Shown piece by piece: positions 26,234 to 30,218 of a stretch of DNA of 30,218 bases. Location of the stretch: IMG/VR virus record IMGVR_UViG_3300037631_000333, positions 1 to 30,218 of that record; one strand, given 5' to 3'. Below the pieces are notes generated by a model, which was given only the letters and a program-made list of their open reading frames with translations, searched no databases and was not told the origin of the DNA. The position numbers were made by a program, and so were the translations under genes. Every line of letters begins with the position of its first letter. The stretch's first letter is position 1. The DNA is from a virus (taxonomy: Duplodnaviria; Caudoviricetes).

Positions 26234-29200
26234 ATGGATAAATTAAAAGCTATATTTCAAGACTATCAAGAAGCGAAATTATTAAGTAAGCAAACTACTT
26301 TTGAACAGTTTGCATCAGTAGATGATTCGATTAAAGAAGTTTTATATAATCAAGGAATTGAAAATAAAGTAATAAGTTCAAAAACTGATTTAGAATTGTT
26401 TAAATCAGCTTGGGGAGATACAGCTATACCTGAAGTAAAAAAAAAAGGTATGGTATCACTTTCGGAAGATGGTTCTTTGGATTCGTCAGAGACTGACGTT
26501 ATATCACAGGAGGATTTACTTCAACAGACGGTAACACCATCAGACCAATTAGAAACTAAGCCGACTGACACTCAGGTAGACTTCGAACTAGGGTTTCAGA
26601 ATATCCCTGAACAACAGTTAACAGAAAAATTTGTTAGTACTCCTTCAGAAGAGAAGGATGATTTCGCAGGCACTATACTCAGCGAACAACCTCCAAAGGC
26701 ATTCTCAGAACCTGTTGTTCAAGACGGAGTGTCTGTAGCCGAAGAGGTTGAATACGACCCATTCAAAGAGTCAGTAGACAGGGTGGTTAACAAGAAACTT
26801 TTAACGAATGACTTGTCATCTTTATTGCTTAGTAGTATTAACCCCGGTGTTGCTATAATTGAAAAATTTTTTACTGAAGCTGATGCCACTGAAGAGAATG
26901 TAATCCCTCAGATGCAATACTACTTTGGGGAATATGGTTTTGAGTTTGAACCTGCAGACGCTTTGGGTGACGGCATGACGGTAAAGGCTAGTAATGGCAA
27001 GCAAACTTATGTAAACCTTGACACAGTGTTTGGTGGCGAACAGGCTGCTAAAGACTTAAAAAAATTCCTTATTGAAAATAAGGAGGAGAATGCCGTTGAA
27101 AGGGAAAGCAATAAGGTAATAGAGGAAAACAGGAAGATATACAAGGAGCAGGAAATCAAGGACGCAGTAAGCGTATTTAATACACAGGCTCAAGAGTTTC
27201 ATAATAATTATGTAGAATTTATCAAGTTAAAGGAATCCAATGAGCAAATGGCAAAGGAGTTGGTTGGTATTTCTCAGTCTGATATAGAGTCTGACCCTAG
27301 CCTGAAACAAAAGCTCGACATGTATAACCAAAACCTTAATGCTGAAAAGCAGTTACTAAAGTTGGTTACGGATAAGTCTGAGGAGTTTAAGGTAAAGGGT
27401 GCTAGGCTAGATATGTTGGCAGGTGAGTACTACGAAATGAAGAGCAAGCAGGGCTCGTACTCAAGTGGGATAATGGCAGGTATATTTGGAAGAGGTCCTG
27501 CAAATATAGCAAGCGGAGCTGTGAGCTATGGCGTTGATGCGTATACATACCTAGCAAAGAATCGCTCCCTTACGGAAGAGAAGTACAGGGATGAACTTAT
27601 AAGAATAGGAAAGGAGGAGGGATACCTTCCTAAGGATGAGGACTTCAGTGGTGTAACTAAGGAGGAAATAATTGAAAGATTGGGTGGCGACACTAACGAT
27701 GCCAAAAGCTTTTTTGACCGTATATTTTTAGCAGAAAAAATAGTATTAGGATTCGAGCCTACAGGTAAGGAGGTGGATGAGCCTACCAACTTTGACAAGG
27801 TAGACGACAAGATTACAGACTACGCACGTAAGGGGATAAAGTATTACAATGACTATGGCGTTGAGGGACTTGACTACGACAAGGCTGTAGAGGGCAGGTA
27901 CAGGAATCCTTTCTCTCAAATAGCTGCCAACCTAGACACCGAAATGGGGATTGTTGATGCATCGTTAGCCTTCGGTGAAAAGATTTCAGAAAACATAGGT
28001 GCTCCAAAGGAATGGGCTGATTTAGAGAAGCAAAGTTTTTGGGGCGGTGCAATACTAGGACTGTCAGAGTCTATACCTGCGATGATTGGGGGAATGGACA
28101 AGATAGGTTTCGCACAGCGTACCGCACAAATGTTTATGATGACATCGTCTCACCTCGAACAGGAGATGAGTAAGAACCCAATGTTTGACAACATATCAGA
28201 GTCAGAAAAGATTCCTATAAAGGTTGGATTGTCTAGCGTTGTTGCCGTGTTAGAAAGCCTTGGATTTAGAAACGTTATGTCTAAGAATGCTTACATACCA
28301 ACGCTTATACTTTCAAGGGTTTTAAAGAAAGTTCCAAAGGGTTCAACACAAAGAACATTACGAGAGTATATACAACAGGATGTAGAGAGTTCAATAGCAC
28401 GTGGGGGTTACTCCCTATTAGCTGCAGGGGCTGCCGAGTTTGAAACGGGGTTTGCACAGGAGGCTGCTGATATTCTAATAAAGGATATATACAACGACCT
28501 TAAGGAAAAGGAAATGTTTGAGACCCCTGAATCTTGGGGTGACATAGTCTTTCAGATGGTATACGCAGGTGGACAGGAGGCAGTGGGTGGATTTATTTTA
28601 GGAGCACCGGGTGCTATATCTTCCGCTGTAGCAGGTCGTCAAGATGTTCAAAGTTTAGATGAAAGGGATTGGAAGAATTTTGAATTGCTAAGTAATGACC
28701 CTACGTATGATAAAATGTACGTACAAAAATTAAAGGCAGAGATTGCTGACCCTGAAAATCCAAAAACATTAGAAGAGGCTCAGGCGGAACTTAATTCTGT
28801 ACGTAGAATACAGGGGCTATTAAAAAACAACAAGCAGAATATATCAAACCTTTCTGCAGAAAAAAAGAAGAGGGCTGTTCAGTTGCTTATTCAGCAGCAA
28901 AAACTAGAAGAAGAAATTAAGAATGGTAATAAACAACTTTCAAAGTCTAAAAGAGAATTACTAGACGACGTTAACAAGGAGTTAGAAAATCTTGGAATGG
29001 AATCTCAGCTCATTGAAATTTCTGAAAGAGCTAAGGAGGGAGGCATACAGGAATTCAAGGGTACTGTTATAGATTGGATTAAGGGATTAGGCAAGACCAA
29101 GGACATCGGTGATGTGATGGAGGGTGGTATAGAGATTGACATGGACGGGACTAAGGTCATAATGACCGAGTCCGAGGGCGGTGTCACATTGGAGAGTATA

Positions 29201-30218
29201 GAAACTCCTGACGCAGACAAGGGTAAGGGCAAGGCTGAGGCTGCCCTTAAAAAGATTGCAGAGAATGCTGACAGGGATGGCGTTAAGATTACCTTAAAGG
29301 TAGTTCCAAAGGATGCTACCGTAGACGCAGGACGGCTAGAGAATCTTTACGGGCGTAATGGCTTTGAGATGCAAGAGGATGGCGTTACAATGGTAAGAAC
29401 TCCAAAGGTTCAAGAACTTACTCAGGAGCAGAAGGATGTTGAAGCGTTCTTTGCTGAGGATGTGGATGACGATGTAGATAGGGCGTCTGATAATCTTTCA
29501 ATAAACAGGAAGAATGAGGGTGAGAGTAAGAGTTCGATTTACCGGGCTAGTGCTATTACTTCGGCTAAGTTTGCTTCAAATGCAATAAAGAAAATTTTAC
29601 CTAATGTAAGAATAGTACTTCACGAGGCAGAGAGTGAGTACTTGAAGTATGCTACAAAGCCTGAGAATGATGAGGATGTAAGCAGCGGTGAGTATAAGGA
29701 CAATGTCATACATATAAACCTGTCCAAGGTAAGGAAGTCTACAGTGGCACACGAGGTATTCCATGCGGTACTACTAGACAAGGTTAGGAACAATGATGCA
29801 CTTGCCAAGAAAATATCTGACGACATGGTTCGTGTTGTTCGGAGTAAGCTCCCTGAAAACGATAAGCTAAGGTTGGCTGTAGAGAAACACGCTGCAAGGT
29901 ATGAGGGTGAAATTCAGTCAGAGGAACAGATAGCTGAGTTGATTGGCTTACTGTCGTCTAACATATTTGGGTACACACAGCTTGAGAGCAGTGTAAAGTC
30001 TGCGATAAAGAACTTCTTAATAAACCTTGCGAAGAAACTTCGTATACCACTACCTAAGAGTTGGGGTAGCGACCAAGAGGTTGTTGACCTAATCAACACA
30101 CTTGCACGTAAGACACGAACAGGTGAGGAGATAACTGAGGAGGATGTTAAGTTGTTGGATGTTAAGGAGGATGCTAAAGTAGATAGTGAGGCTAAGTCTC
30201 GTAAGCAAAAGAATTATA
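26234..30218 (+). CDS. Giant internal virion / polyvalent protein (>1328 aa, truncated) with GNAT and HExxH metallopeptidase domains
   Basis: Absent from the track because there is no stop before the window end. Starts MDKLKAIFQDY. The same frame gives LESIETPDADKGKGKA...LENLYGRNGF (about 29189-29366), HEVFH (29750-29764) and EEQIAE (29921-29938). Confidence 0.88.
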   Translation, partial: MDKLKAIFQDYQEAKLLSKQTTFEQFASVDDSIKEVLYNQGIENKVISSKTDLELFKSAWGDTAIPEVKKKGMVSLSEDGSLDSSETDVISQEDLLQQTVTPSDQLETKPTDTQVDFELGFQNIPEQQLTEKFVSTPSEEKDDFAGTILSEQPPKAFSEPVVQDGVSVAEEVEYDPFKESVDRVVNKKLLTNDLSSLLLSSINPGVAIIEKFFTEADATEENVIPQMQYYFGEYGFEFEPADALGDGMTVKASNGKQTYVNLDTVFGGEQAAKDLKKFLIENKEENAVERESNKVIEENRKIYKEQEIKDAVSVFNTQAQEFHNNYVEFIKLKESNEQMAKELVGISQSDIESDPSLKQKLDMYNQNLNAEKQLLKLVTDKSEEFKVKGARLDMLAGEYYEMKSKQGSYSSGIMAGIFGRGPANIASGAVSYGVDAYTYLAKNRSLTEEKYRDELIRIGKEEGYLPKDEDFSGVTKEEIIERLGGDTNDAKSFFDRIFLAEKIVLGFEPTGKEVDEPTNFDKVDDKITDYARKGIKYYNDYGVEGLDYDKAVEGRYRNPFSQIAANLDTEMGIVDASLAFGEKISENIGAPKEWADLEKQSFWGGAILGLSESIPAMIGGMDKIGFAQRTAQMFMMTSSHLEQEMSKNPMFDNISESEKIPIKVGLSSVVAVLESLGFRNVMSKNAYIPTLILSRVLKKVPKGSTQRTLREYIQQDVESSIARGGYSLLAAGAAEFETGFAQEAADILIKDIYNDLKEKEMFETPESWGDIVFQMVYAGGQEAVGGFILGAPGAISSAVAGRQDVQSLDERDWKNFELLSNDPTYDKMYVQKLKAEIADPENPKTLEEAQAELNSVRRIQGLLKNNKQNISNLSAEKKKRAVQLLIQQQKLEEEIKNGNKQLSKSKRELLDDVNKELENLGMESQLIEISERAKEGGIQEFKGTVIDWIKGLGKTKDIGDVMEGGIEIDMDGTKVIMTESEGGVTLESIETPDADKGKGKAEAALKKIAENADRDGVKITLKVVPKDATVDAGRLENLYGRNGFEMQEDGVTMVRTPKVQELTQEQKDVEAFFAEDVDDDVDRASDNLSINRKNEGESKSSIYRASAITSAKFASNAIKKILPNVRIVLHEAESEYLKYATKPENDEDVSSGEYKDNVIHINLSKVRKSTVAHEVFHAVLLDKVRNNDALAKKISDDMVRVVRSKLPENDKLRLAVEKHAARYEGEIQSEEQIAELIGLLSSNIFGYTQLESSVKSAIKNFLINLAKKLRIPLPKSWGSDQEVVDLINTLARKTRTGEEITEEDVKLLDVKEDAKVDSEAKSRKQKNY

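Noticed and set aside
26437-26446. A10 run as a frameshift or phase-variation site
   Set aside because: The frame stays open through it and I have no evidence for an alternative product. It would need read-level or comparative data.
611-30099. All minus-strand ORFs in the supplied track (e.g. 611..976, 6787..7113, 25476..25985) and the nested + ORF 25241..25423
   Set aside because: They lie within well-supported, tightly packed + strand genes and read as antisense or alternate-frame shadows with no recognisable motifs.
1-30218. Stop-codon reassignment as seen in some crAss-like phages
   Set aside because: Long genes are intact in the standard code, and TAA, TAG and TGA all end genes at sensible boundaries.
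1-30218. tRNA, CRISPR array, integrase, transposase, intron or intein
   Set aside because: Intergenic gaps are short and accounted for, there is no spaced repeat array, and no such motifs were recognised. TerL and capsid appear uninterrupted.
26234-30218. Virion RNA polymerase, as in the giant proteins of crAss-like phages
   Set aside because: No polymerase catalytic motif was recognised in the visible part. It cannot be excluded beyond the window.

Overview
A 30 kb piece of a tailed dsDNA phage genome, almost all on the + strand, read with the standard genetic code. The host is most likely a Bacteroidota (Flavobacteria-like) bacterium: TAnnTTTG promoters recur and start regions are AT-rich without Shine-Dalgarno sequences. 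From left to right it carries a truncated, divergently transcribed winged-helix-like gene; nine tiny Lys/Arg-rich genes; a head-spike-base-like gene; a lysis cassette (small membrane protein, Zn amidase, 3TM holin); a fibre-like gene and a GroES-like gene. Next comes a podovirus virion module resembling crAss-related Bacteroidota phages: TerS, TerL, portal, scaffold, major capsid, two ring/tail-tube proteins and a tail stabilisation protein that appears split into two genes. The window ends with a stand-alone GNAT gene, two ejection-type proteins and a giant ORF (>1328 aa, missing from the ORF track) containing GNAT and HExxH metallopeptidase domains. Leading candidate for an undescribed system: a set of packaged small basic proteins, two sharing an N-terminal leader, together with virion-linked acetyltransferases and a protease, possibly controlled by a symmetric bidirectional promoter at 377-409. 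All family assignments come from motif recognition by eye; no searches were run.
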